In this document: positions 18,874-27,826 of the stretch, piece after piece
How the letters are laid out: each line of letters starts with the position of its first letter
Position numbering within the stretch: position 1 is the stretch's first letter
Origin: Candidatus Harrisonbacteria bacterium
Lineage (GTDB): Bacteria > Patescibacteriota > Minisyncoccia > UBA6257 > 1-14-0-10-40-38
Direction of reading: 5' to 3'
NCBI GenBank assembly: GCA_023245035.1
Contig: JAHFLD010000001.1
Coordinates: 719-64,718 of the forward strand
Length of the DNA stretch: 64,000 nt
Translations under genes and position numbers: made by a program
The notes under the pieces: generated by a model
What the model was told of the DNA's origin: nothing
The model's database searches: none
The model's input: only the letters and a program-made list of their open reading frames with translations

Positions 18874-20412
18874 ATGTTCAGCGAAAACTTCGGCGTTAAA
18901 GAAAAATCTAAATTCAAAGTGCTGTTCGTCGCCTCCGAAGCGGCTCCCTTTGCCAAAGCCGGTGGTTTGGGCGAGGTCATGCTCTCTCTGCCGCGCGAAC
19001 TGCGGGAACTCGATTCCGATGCTCGAGTAATGATCCCACGCTACGCCTCGATTGATCGGGAAAAAAACGAACTATCCATGGAATATGAAGGCTTGGAAGT
19101 TCCAACCGGAGCGGAAAATGAAAGCGAGCCAGCGACCATGCGCTGCAATGTTCTCCGCTACAATCCCAAAAACAGCGACCACCGCCGCGCCCCGATTACC
19201 TACTTCCTGGAAAACGAGGAATATTTCGAAAAACGCTCCAACATTTACGGCTACAACGACGACGCCATTCGTTGGGCGCTCTTGTCGCGGGGAGTTTTGG
19301 AATTTATCAAACACAGCGCCTGGCGACCCGATGTCATCATCGCCTCGGATTGGCAGGCTGGTTTCATTCCCAACTACTTGCGAACAACCTACAAAAACGA
19401 TCTTGATCTAAATCGCATCGCCACCATTTTTGTTATTCACAACCTGGCCTACCAGGGAATGTTTGACCAACGCTTCGTGGCCGAAACCGACTACGACGAC
19501 GGCCAATCCGATCTGCCATCTTTTTTCAACCCGCGCCTTCTTAAAATGAACATGATGCGCCGCGGCATTCTTCACGCCGACCTTGTCGCCACCGTCTCCA
19601 AAACTTACGCCAAAGAAATCATGACGCCGGAATTCGGCCAAATGCTGGACCCGCTTCTCAAAGAACGCCGCTCGCGAGTCTATGGCGTTTTAAACGGCAT
19701 TGACTACGAAGAGTTCAATCCAAAAAACGACCAATACCTCACAAAAAATTACGACGCCACAACTCTGGAACGGCGCGAAGCCAATAAACTCGAATTACAA
19801 TCGCGCTTCGGCCTCACGCCCGACAAAAAAATCTTCCTGCTCGGCATCGCTTCGCGATTTACCGATCAAAAAGGATTTGATCTCCTCTTTCCGATTATGC
19901 ACGCCTTATTAAGAGAGTTAAAAATTGGCCTCGTGGTTTTGGGAAGTGGCGAGGGAAAATACATGGATTTTTTTAAAAATCTGGAAGAACAATTTCCGGG
20001 CAGAGTCGGCGCCCATCTCAACTTCGACACCGTTCTCCCTCGATTAATCCTGGGCGGCGCCGACGCCATGCTTATTCCATCACGCTTTGAACCGTCGGGA
20101 TTAATTCAACTTGAATCCATGAGATATGGAGTTATTCCAATCGTTCGCCAAACCGGAGGGCTGGCCGACACCGTAGAAGACTTTGATGTTCAAACCGAAT
20201 CCGGAACCGGCTTCATTTTCAAAGATTTCAATTCGGAGAGCTTGCTCATCGCCATAATTCGCGCCTACGAAAACTACGGCAATAAACCACTCTGGAAACG
20301 CCTCCAAAAAAACGCCCTCTCCGAAGACTTCTCCTGGACTCACTCCGCCAAAGAATACGTTCACTTGATGAACATCGCTCTCGGCTTTCGCCGCCGGGCA
20401 AACCAAACCTAA
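18874..20412 (+). CDS. glgA: Glycogen/starch synthase (GT5)
   Basis: ASEAAPFAKAGGLGEV, HNLAYQG, LNGID, SRFEPSGL, TGGLADTV. Confidence 0.92.
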   Translation: MFSENFGVKEKSKFKVLFVASEAAPFAKAGGLGEVMLSLPRELRELDSDARVMIPRYASIDREKNELSMEYEGLEVPTGAENESEPATMRCNVLRYNPKNSDHRRAPITYFLENEEYFEKRSNIYGYNDDAIRWALLSRGVLEFIKHSAWRPDVIIASDWQAGFIPNYLRTTYKNDLDLNRIATIFVIHNLAYQGMFDQRFVAETDYDDGQSDLPSFFNPRLLKMNMMRRGILHADLVATVSKTYAKEIMTPEFGQMLDPLLKERRSRVYGVLNGIDYEEFNPKNDQYLTKNYDATTLERREANKLELQSRFGLTPDKKIFLLGIASRFTDQKGFDLLFPIMHALLRELKIGLVVLGSGEGKYMDFFKNLEEQFPGRVGAHLNFDTVLPRLILGGADAMLIPSRFEPSGLIQLESMRYGVIPIVRQTGGLADTVEDFDVQTESGTGFIFKDFNSESLLIAIIRAYENYGNKPLWKRLQKNALSEDFSWTHSAKEYVHLMNIALGFRRRANQT

Positions 20413-20415
20413 TCC

Positions 20416-21909
20416 ATGCATTGGGCTAATTTTCTTCACATCTATCAGCCGGCCGAACAACAAGCGGACATTTTGGAAGCCATTGTTGCTCAAAGCTATC
20501 GGCCAATCATAGACCACCTCGCAAGCAACAAAAACGCTCGCTTAACATTCAACGTCAACGGAGCGCTCACCGAACTTCTCGATAAGTGCGGCTACCGAGA
20601 TGTTTTAGACAAACTTCGCGCCTTGGGCGCGGATGGCCGAGTTGAATTCACCGGCGCGGCCAAATATCACGCCTTTCTTCCTTTTTTGGAAGAAGATGAA
20701 ATCATCCGCCAGATTGAAGAAAACGAAAAAACAAATCGCTTTTTTTTGGGAAAAGGATACCAACCCCAAGGCTTCTTCCCCACGGAAATGGCCTACAAGG
20801 AATCTTTGGCGCCGCTTATTGAATCATTGGGATTTAAGTGGATCATGCTGGATGAAATCGCTCTTGGCGGCAAACCGGGAAATGTAGACTACAATTTTCT
20901 TTATAAAATTAGCGGCACCAACATCTTGGCCTTTTTCCGGGAACGCCGCCTCAGCAATCTCATTATGAGCGCGGTTGTTCGTTCCAAGGAAACACTCAAA
21001 GAAGCCATGAAATCTGACCTAAAAAGCTCGCGCTACATCGTCACCGCCATGGACGGCGAAACCTTTGGTCATCACCGCCCGGGATTGGAGAAGATGTTGT
21101 TTGATATTTTTAGCACCAAAGACTTTAAACTAGTCACCGTATCTGACCTCGTTCAAAGTGGCCGACAAGTAAAAGAAATCAACCCGGTCCAATCAACTTG
21201 GGCCAGCAGTGAAGCCGACATCGCCCAAGGCATCCAGTTTCTTTCTTGGTCCGATCCGGAAAACAGCATTCACTCTTGGCAATGGATGTTGACCGCGCTC
21301 GCCCTTCACGAAGTCCGGCGCCTGGCCAAAAATCACCCAAGGTTTAGCGCTGTTCGCAAAAAAATGGATTTGGCGCTGGCGAGCGATCACTTTTGGTGGG
21401 CCTCCGCTAAACCCTGGTGGAGTGTAGAAATGATTGAAGACGGCGCCTATCGTCTGCTTGATGTTATTCGCAACGTACCGGAAGTAAAACCCGCAATTTT
21501 AGATCGAGCTCGCGATCTCTACGAACACATCGTCTCCACCGCTTTTCATTGGCAACGCACCGGAAAAATTCGCACCATGATGCGAGAACAGCGTGGCATC
21601 ACTCGTATCCCTTTTAAGGATCGGACAATCGGCAAGGGCGGCGCCGAACGCGGCGTTTATCACGCCTTCATCGACCTGATGCGCCGGCTTGAAAACGAAG
21701 CCAAAGAAAGGGGTGAATACGAAAAAGCCATTCTTTGGCGAGATTCTCTTTTTAAACTAGAAAACAAGCTGGACATCTACGACACCGTTAATGCCATCGA
21801 CCTCTTGCGCGTCGAGCTTCCTCATAACGAAGTAGAAGCCGTTATCGAAAAATACAAGGACAAATACCGCCATATCCGTGGCGGACAACCGGAACAGCGC
21901 GGCAACTAA
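20416..21909 (+). CDS. Glycoside hydrolase family 57 protein
   Basis: FLHIYQP, GFFPTEMAY nucleophile region, AMDGETFGHH, ASDHFWW. Confidence 0.85.
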   Translation: MHWANFLHIYQPAEQQADILEAIVAQSYRPIIDHLASNKNARLTFNVNGALTELLDKCGYRDVLDKLRALGADGRVEFTGAAKYHAFLPFLEEDEIIRQIEENEKTNRFFLGKGYQPQGFFPTEMAYKESLAPLIESLGFKWIMLDEIALGGKPGNVDYNFLYKISGTNILAFFRERRLSNLIMSAVVRSKETLKEAMKSDLKSSRYIVTAMDGETFGHHRPGLEKMLFDIFSTKDFKLVTVSDLVQSGRQVKEINPVQSTWASSEADIAQGIQFLSWSDPENSIHSWQWMLTALALHEVRRLAKNHPRFSAVRKKMDLALASDHFWWASAKPWWSVEMIEDGAYRLLDVIRNVPEVKPAILDRARDLYEHIVSTAFHWQRTGKIRTMMREQRGITRIPFKDRTIGKGGAERGVYHAFIDLMRRLENEAKERGEYEKAILWRDSLFKLENKLDIYDTVNAIDLLRVELPHNEVEAVIEKYKDKYRHIRGGQPEQRGN

Positions 21910-21935
21910 GCAAATAAAATAAATAGCCAAGAAAA

Positions 21936-23363
21936 ATGAAAGTTCTTATTGTTACCTCGGAATCCGCTCCCTTCGCCCACGTTGGCGGCTTGGGCGATAT
22001 CATCCAAGGGTTAGCTCGCGCTCTGCCGGAACAAGGTATTTCAACCTCTCTCGTTCTTCCTAAATACGAACAGATAAAAAGAGGGGAGCTGGTTACCGGC
22101 AAAATACCGGTTGACTTGGGTAGCTCGGTTGAATATATCCGCCTCTACCGCGACGTCTTGCCCGGCACCCAAACCACCGTCTGGCTGGTGGAAAACAAAG
22201 AATATCTCTCATCGGGACCGATTTATTTTTCCCGCACCGCCCTCTCCGGATCCCTGGGCGAGATTCAAAGATTCGTCTTCTTTGCCAAAGCTGTTTCCGA
22301 GCTCCTGCGCGATGGTTTTTTGGGCGATCCGGATCTCATCCACTGCAACGACTGGCACACCGGCGCGCTCATCGGCGAAATCAGTCGTCAAAAAAATCGC
22401 AAAGTAAAAACGCTTTTTACTATTCATAATTTAGAAAATCAGGGCCGTTGGAAAACTAGCGACCTTGCCCGTTGGCTGCCCGACATCGCCAAAATGGCGC
22501 CCTCATCCGCAAGCGGCGAAATCAATCCGATGCGCGACGGCATCGAACTCGCCGATTATGTAAACACTGTCAGCCCCTCCTATGCCGAAGAAATCAAAAC
22601 CCCGGAATACGGCGCCGGCTTGGAAGAAACGCTTCGCGCGCGAAGCGCCAAACTTACCGGAATTTTAAACGGCATTGACTATCGGGTTTACGATCCCAAA
22701 AACGACAGCGCTCTGATCGCCCGCTACGACGAGACAACCATTGAAGAAAAAGAAAAAAATAAACTCTCCCTCCAAAAAAAACTTGGACTCAAAACCGGCA
22801 GAAAATATCCGCTCTTCGGCCTCGTCTCCCGCCTCACCCGCCAAAAGGGGATTGATCTCATTCTGCCGAATATCAAAAACATGGTTCAAGGGCGCGATGC
22901 CCAAATAGTAATCCTGGGAACCGGCGCTCCCGAAATAGAAACAGCGATAAAAAGAACCGAACAGGGCTTCCCGGAAAACATCGCCGCGCGAATGGAATTT
23001 GACGACGAACTCGCTCATCTCATCTACGGCTCCTGCGACTTCTTCCTCATGCCTTCGCGTTTTGAACCCTGTGGTCTGGGGCAAATGATTGCGATGCGCT
23101 ACGGAACAGTGCCAATTGTCCGAAGTACCGGCGGCCTCAAAGACACCGTTCAAGACGGCGTGAATGGCTTCACCTTCAGCGAGCCCACTCACGAGGCCTG
23201 CGCTGAAGCTATCGAACGGGCAACTCAAACTCATTTTTCCGAAAACGACATCTATGGCGCTCTCCAACGCCGCTGTTTTGAAGAAAACTTTTCCGTGACC
23301 CGCGCGGCCCGAAGCTACGCCGCCCTATACCGTTCGCTTGTAAAAAAACCAGCGCCTCGGTAG
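21936..23363 (+). CDS. glgA: Second glycogen synthase-like GT5
   Basis: SESAPFAHVGGLGD, HCNDWH, ILNGID, PSRFEPCGLGQM, TGGLKDTV. Confidence 0.88.
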   Translation: MKVLIVTSESAPFAHVGGLGDIIQGLARALPEQGISTSLVLPKYEQIKRGELVTGKIPVDLGSSVEYIRLYRDVLPGTQTTVWLVENKEYLSSGPIYFSRTALSGSLGEIQRFVFFAKAVSELLRDGFLGDPDLIHCNDWHTGALIGEISRQKNRKVKTLFTIHNLENQGRWKTSDLARWLPDIAKMAPSSASGEINPMRDGIELADYVNTVSPSYAEEIKTPEYGAGLEETLRARSAKLTGILNGIDYRVYDPKNDSALIARYDETTIEEKEKNKLSLQKKLGLKTGRKYPLFGLVSRLTRQKGIDLILPNIKNMVQGRDAQIVILGTGAPEIETAIKRTEQGFPENIAARMEFDDELAHLIYGSCDFFLMPSRFEPCGLGQMIAMRYGTVPIVRSTGGLKDTVQDGVNGFTFSEPTHEACAEAIERATQTHFSENDIYGALQRRCFEENFSVTRAARSYAALYRSLVKKPAPR

Positions 23364-23375
23364 TCTTGGCTTGCC

Positions 23376-24596
23376 ATGCAAGCCACCCAAATTAAAAAAA
23401 TCGTAACCGCTGAAAAACAGCGGCAAAACGAAACATTGTCATTAATCGCCTCGGAAAACATCCCCTCGGATGAAACCCTGGCCTTGTTATCTTCGGCCTT
23501 TGAAACCAAATATGCCGAAGGTTATCCCGGCAAAAGATACTATCCGGGAAATAAGTGGAGCGATGAAATTGAACTGCTCGCCCAGCGCTATGCTCGGCAA
23601 GTCTTCAACTTGGACGCCAGCTGGGCAGTCAACGTCCAACCGCATTCCGGCTCACCGGCCAACCTCGCCTCCTATCTCGCCCTCGCCAAGCCCGGCGAAA
23701 CCATTATTGGAATGGAATTGTCTGCCGGCGGTCACTTAACTCACGGCCAAGCGGTTAGTTTTACCGGAAAAATATTTAAGTCCGTTCTCTACGGACTAGA
23801 CCAGAGCGGGCGTCTAGACTACGAAGCGCTCGAAAAACTCGCCAAAAAACACCGGCCGAAAATAATCATCTCGGGAACAACCTCCTATCCGCGGGTTATA
23901 GATTTTGCGAGGATAGGAAAAATCGCCCGCGCCGTCCAAAGCTATCACGTCGCCGACATCTCCCACCTTGCCGGCCTGGTTGCCGCGGGCATCCACCCGA
24001 CTCCCTTTCCTCACGCCGACGTCGTAACCACCACCACCCACAAAACGCTTGGCGGCCCCCGTGGCGCGATTATCTTCGCCCGCGAACCGCTGGGTTTAGC
24101 CGTCAACAAAGCGGTCTTCCCCGGACTTCAAGGCGGACCTCATCTAAATACCATCGCGGGAATTGCCCAGACGCTTTTTGAAGCAACTCGCCCAAAATTC
24201 AAAATTTACGCCAAACAAGTTATAAAAAACGCCTCAACCTTGGCTGCCTCGCTCCGCGCCAAAGGATTCAAACTCATAACCGACGGAACCGACAACCACC
24301 TTATGCTTATCAATCTCAATCCTAGAGAACTGACCGGCGAGGCGGCCGAAAAAATCCTGGAAAAAAATAATATTATCGCCAATCGCAATAGCATTCCGGG
24401 GGATACAAGCCCGCTTCATCCCAGTGGCCTCCGTCTCGGCACCCCCTCGGCCACGCGCCGCGGAATGCGTGAAAAAGAAATGATTCTCCTCGCCGAGCTA
24501 ATCGAACAATGCCTGATTAAAAATAAAAACGTCGCCGCTAAAGTCAAAATTCTATGCCAAAAATTCCCAGCCTGGCCATCGCCGAAAAAATTCTAA
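23376..24596 (+). CDS. glyA: Serine hydroxymethyltransferase
   Basis: LIASEN, KYAEGYPGKRYY, GGHLTHG, TTTTHKTL, FPGLQGGP. Confidence 0.97.
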   Translation: MQATQIKKIVTAEKQRQNETLSLIASENIPSDETLALLSSAFETKYAEGYPGKRYYPGNKWSDEIELLAQRYARQVFNLDASWAVNVQPHSGSPANLASYLALAKPGETIIGMELSAGGHLTHGQAVSFTGKIFKSVLYGLDQSGRLDYEALEKLAKKHRPKIIISGTTSYPRVIDFARIGKIARAVQSYHVADISHLAGLVAAGIHPTPFPHADVVTTTTHKTLGGPRGAIIFAREPLGLAVNKAVFPGLQGGPHLNTIAGIAQTLFEATRPKFKIYAKQVIKNASTLAASLRAKGFKLITDGTDNHLMLINLNPRELTGEAAEKILEKNNIIANRNSIPGDTSPLHPSGLRLGTPSATRRGMREKEMILLAELIEQCLIKNKNVAAKVKILCQKFPAWPSPKKF

Positions 24597-25405
24597 GAGG
24601 CATAGTCACCCAAGGCATCCCGGATACTTCGCTCACGGCGGTTCGCGTCGGCGACAATCCCGCTTCCATTAGTTTTCTTCGTCAAAAAAAGCAAGCAGCC
24701 GAAAAAATCGGCATCCGCTATGAAGAGCGCGTCTTATCGGAATCGGCAACAGAAATAGAAGTTGCCTCGCTCCTCGCTTCTCTGGCAAAAGATCCAAAAG
24801 TCGGCGGCATAATTCTACAGCTGCCGCTGCCATCTCAGCTTAATCAAAAACAACTGCTCCAGCTTATCCCGTCTTCAAAAGACGTAGATGTTCTAAGCGG
24901 AGAGAGCAAACAAAAAAACTATGTCCCCGCGCCACCCCTGGGCGTGGTCAACGCCATTTTGGAAGCGGAAAAAATCTCGCTCACCGATAAAAAAGTTGCC
25001 CTCATCGGTTGGGGAGAACTCATCGGCCATCCCATCGCAACTTATCTCGCCGGACAAAACATCGTTCACCGAATATTCCGTCGTAGCGATCACAGCCTAC
25101 AAGAAGAACTTAATCTTTTTGATGTCGTAATCAGCGGCACCGGAGTCGGCTCGCTCTTTGGCCCCGAACATCTCAAACCCGGCGCCTTGGTTGTTGACTT
25201 TGGCTGGCAAAAAGACGAATCCACCGGCAAAATCAGCGGGGATTATAACTCTAAAAACAACGAAGAAGAGGAAAGAAAAGGCATACGCGCCACCACGACC
25301 CCTGGTGGCACTGGACCAATTTTAGTGGCTAAAATACTGGAGAATTTCTCTATATTAGCCGATAAAACAGCCCCTATTGACAAGTCTAACTCGGCTATGC
25401 TATAA
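24554..25405 (+). CDS. folD: Methylenetetrahydrofolate dehydrogenase/cyclohydrolase (divergent)
   Basis: VGDNPAS, GIILQLPLP, KDVD, PGGTGP; adjacent to glyA. Confidence 0.85.
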   Translation: MPKIPSLAIAEKILRGIVTQGIPDTSLTAVRVGDNPASISFLRQKKQAAEKIGIRYEERVLSESATEIEVASLLASLAKDPKVGGIILQLPLPSQLNQKQLLQLIPSSKDVDVLSGESKQKNYVPAPPLGVVNAILEAEKISLTDKKVALIGWGELIGHPIATYLAGQNIVHRIFRRSDHSLQEELNLFDVVISGTGVGSLFGPEHLKPGALVVDFGWQKDESTGKISGDYNSKNNEEEERKGIRATTTPGGTGPILVAKILENFSILADKTAPIDKSNSAML

Positions 25406-25406
25406 T
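25377..25406 (+). promoter_or_regulatory. Consensus sigma70 promoter with extended -10
   Basis: TTGACA-18-TATAAT with TGn extension. Confidence 0.75.
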
Positions 25407-25507
25407 GCCCGCATCGCCTGTGTTAGGCGAGACCGAAGAAGTATCAGCTCTTTGTCATTTTTAGCTCGTCAATCCAACCGCGCCCAAGGCGGTAAGGAGA
25501 TTTTTAC

Positions 25508-26608
25508 ATGTCTGGGAATGGGCATTTAGAAGACAAACCGGCAAGGACTCAAGAAAAGAGTGGGGGAAGAAATCCACTCACGCAGGAAGCTCACGAGTTC
25601 CTCAAGAGCGAACGCTACCGCAACCCGGGAGCAGCCTCTCTGAAGTGGGAAGACCTCGTCCGAACCGCCAACGATCTCGATCGTCAGATCGAACTCAAGG
25701 ATCTGAAGCTTCTGCTGAACCCGCTCACGCAGGAAGCGAACGAGTTCTTTCGGAGTCGAGGAAAGGCGCAAGCCGACGGAAGCTCCGAAAAGGCGGAGAA
25801 GCTCCGCTACCCCTTCCGTTCGTACGTGGACCAAGATCATCTCACGATGATCGCCGTCCGCCTCGGCCGTCAGATGAATCTCGACGAGGTCAAAAGCCTC
25901 GTCAGTGACGACGGTGAACCGATCTGCTGCGAAGCGGAAGATTGCTCCGGGGAAGAAGGGCGCGAAAGCAAGCTCTTCCAACCGGTCCGATCCATCAAGC
26001 TCAACACCTCGCCGATCGACCCGCCCAGTGGCAGTGGTGAACTGGAACAGTTCACCGAGAACCTGCGCCTCGGCGACGAAGTCGTTCGGATGGAACGCGG
26101 GTCGTTCTTCGCTCTCCCGGTTCGAAACGGCGATCAGATCGTCGGCTGGAAAACGGCCGGGTTCTGCGGGGCCATCTTTTGGTGGACTCCCACGCGAGGC
26201 GTGGTTCCCGCGGATCCGCTCAAGTCCTGTCTGCAGTGTCATCGCGAGGCCTTCGACGATGAGGTTCTTCCGGCGTTGCTCAAGGAGCTTCCGAGGGATC
26301 TCGGCTCCTTCGTCGGCAAGCCGCTTTCACGACAGCTCTGCGAGAAGGTGGTTGAAGCCATGAACCACTCCATCGTCGAGCGGGAAAGCCGGCGGCGCGA
26401 AGACGGCCAACTGCGCGTCACGCGCCGAGCTTCGGCCAAGCGTCTCTTGCTCGGCGGCTCCGCGAACGATGAATCGGCGGAAGTCGTCAACTCCCGCTGG
26501 ACCAGCAGCAACTCGGCGGCGCAAGCCAACGGCGGCCCCGAGATCGCCAAAGCGGCGCTCGCCAAGCTCAACGGCAAGCACGTCGTTGCCAAGCTCCCCG
26601 AGGCCTAA
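25508..26608 (+). CDS. Hypothetical protein, GC-rich codons, internal repeat
   Basis: 366 aa, AAGGAG SD, repeat NPLTQEAHEFLKS / NPLTQEANEFFRS, terminator downstream. Confidence 0.75.
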   Translation: MSGNGHLEDKPARTQEKSGGRNPLTQEAHEFLKSERYRNPGAASLKWEDLVRTANDLDRQIELKDLKLLLNPLTQEANEFFRSRGKAQADGSSEKAEKLRYPFRSYVDQDHLTMIAVRLGRQMNLDEVKSLVSDDGEPICCEAEDCSGEEGRESKLFQPVRSIKLNTSPIDPPSGSGELEQFTENLRLGDEVVRMERGSFFALPVRNGDQIVGWKTAGFCGAIFWWTPTRGVVPADPLKSCLQCHREAFDDEVLPALLKELPRDLGSFVGKPLSRQLCEKVVEAMNHSIVERESRRREDGQLRVTRRASAKRLLLGGSANDESAEVVNSRWTSSNSAAQANGGPEIAKAALAKLNGKHVVAKLPEA

Positions 26609-26618
26609 AAACCTCAAC

Positions 26619-26655
26619 AGCCCCTTTCGACTTCATATCGAAAGGGGCTTTTTTT
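26619..26655 (+). terminator. Intrinsic terminator
   Basis: AGCCCCTTTCGA..TCGAAAGGGGCT plus T-run. Confidence 0.8.
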
Positions 26656-26761
26656 ATGCTCTAAATTAATTCTTAAAACACCCAAACAAAGTTGGCGATT
26701 ATCCTCCTTCTCTGGCTTTTATAAGCCCTCACTCCTTTAACCTAATCCCGAGCTCTTTTAT

Positions 26762-27826
26762 TTATTGCTTCGCGAGCGGATTGTGCGCCCCAATCACCTC
26801 CACGTGCACATGACATCCCGTCGTTCCTCGCACATTGCCGGTGTTTCCCATTTCGCCAATCAAAGTTCCTTTTTTGATATAATCGCCAACCTGAACTTTA
26901 GTTTTCTGCAGGTGAGCGTAACGGGTTGAAGTTTTGTTTGGATGCTCAATGCCCACCAACCCGCCATAGCCATAATTCCACTGTTGAGGACCCAGCACCT
27001 CGGAGACCAAACCCTCCGCCATCGCGTAAACCGGCGTGCCGCAGGCATTAGCCACATCAACCGCGTTATTAAAATGCACCTTGCCCCAATTGAATCCGGC
27101 CGCCGGCAAACCAAAATAGCCATCAAGGTTCGGCAATGGCCCGGAGGTGCCAACAACCGCTGTTCGCGGTGATCCGCCGGGAATAATCAACATATCGCCG
27201 GACGCTATCGGACCCCGCGCCAAACGAGCAACGTTCGTCGCCCTAACTTTGGCCTCATCAATTCCATAAGTCCGCGCGATCCCGGAAACTGTTTCACCTT
27301 CAGAAACCCGATGCAAAACACCCGCGACCGGAAGCACCAAAATCTCCTGACCGGGAATGAGTGAGCGCGAGCGAAGCGAGGAATTGGCCCACAAAAGAGT
27401 GTTGACCGAAATTTGAAACTGGGAAGCAATACCGGAAAGAGTGTCTCCCTTTTTAATAATATAATTTATAATGCCGTCTCTTAGCGGACTAAAACCGCCA
27501 GCCGGCCCGGTTGTAGTTAAAAGAGAATCGCCGTCGACCAACGTCATCTCGTCCAGTGGATCATGAAGATCGGCGGCATCGGGGTTAGCGAGTGTGCTAT
27601 CGTAAAAACCCGCCGGCGCCAAATTGTCGTGTTCAGCGGCCAATATCTCCGCCAACTCCGGACCACCGGCAACCTGACTGCTTCCCACCAAGGTTTCCGT
27701 CGAACCAAAAACCACATTAGCCGCGATCCCGGCTAAGAAAAAAACGACCGCTAGAACGGCTGATATGCTAAAATTATGGGGTTTTTTGAGTAGCGTACCA
27801 ATGTGGATCAAGATAGCACGAATCAT
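26762..27826 (-). CDS. LysM-LysM-M23 peptidoglycan peptidase-family protein (start uncertain)
   Basis: YIIKKGDTLSGIA, VSEGETVSGIA LysM repeats; HFNNAVD, YAHL, TTGCHVHVEV M23 motifs; N-terminal TM. Confidence 0.85.
   Translation of the reverse strand: MIRAILIHIGTLLKKPHNFSISAVLAVVFFLAGIAANVVFGSTETLVGSSQVAGGPELAEILAAEHDNLAPAGFYDSTLANPDAADLHDPLDEMTLVDGDSLLTTTGPAGGFSPLRDGIINYIIKKGDTLSGIASQFQISVNTLLWANSSLRSRSLIPGQEILVLPVAGVLHRVSEGETVSGIARTYGIDEAKVRATNVARLARGPIASGDMLIIPGGSPRTAVVGTSGPLPNLDGYFGLPAAGFNWGKVHFNNAVDVANACGTPVYAMAEGLVSEVLGPQQWNYGYGGLVGIEHPNKTSTRYAHLQKTKVQVGDYIKKGTLIGEMGNTGNVRGTTGCHVHVEVIGAHNPLAKQ

Noticed and set aside
25526-26617. Long antisense ORFs opposite the 366-aa orphan
   Set aside because: Expected shadow of GC-rich codon usage; promoter, SD and terminator support the + strand.
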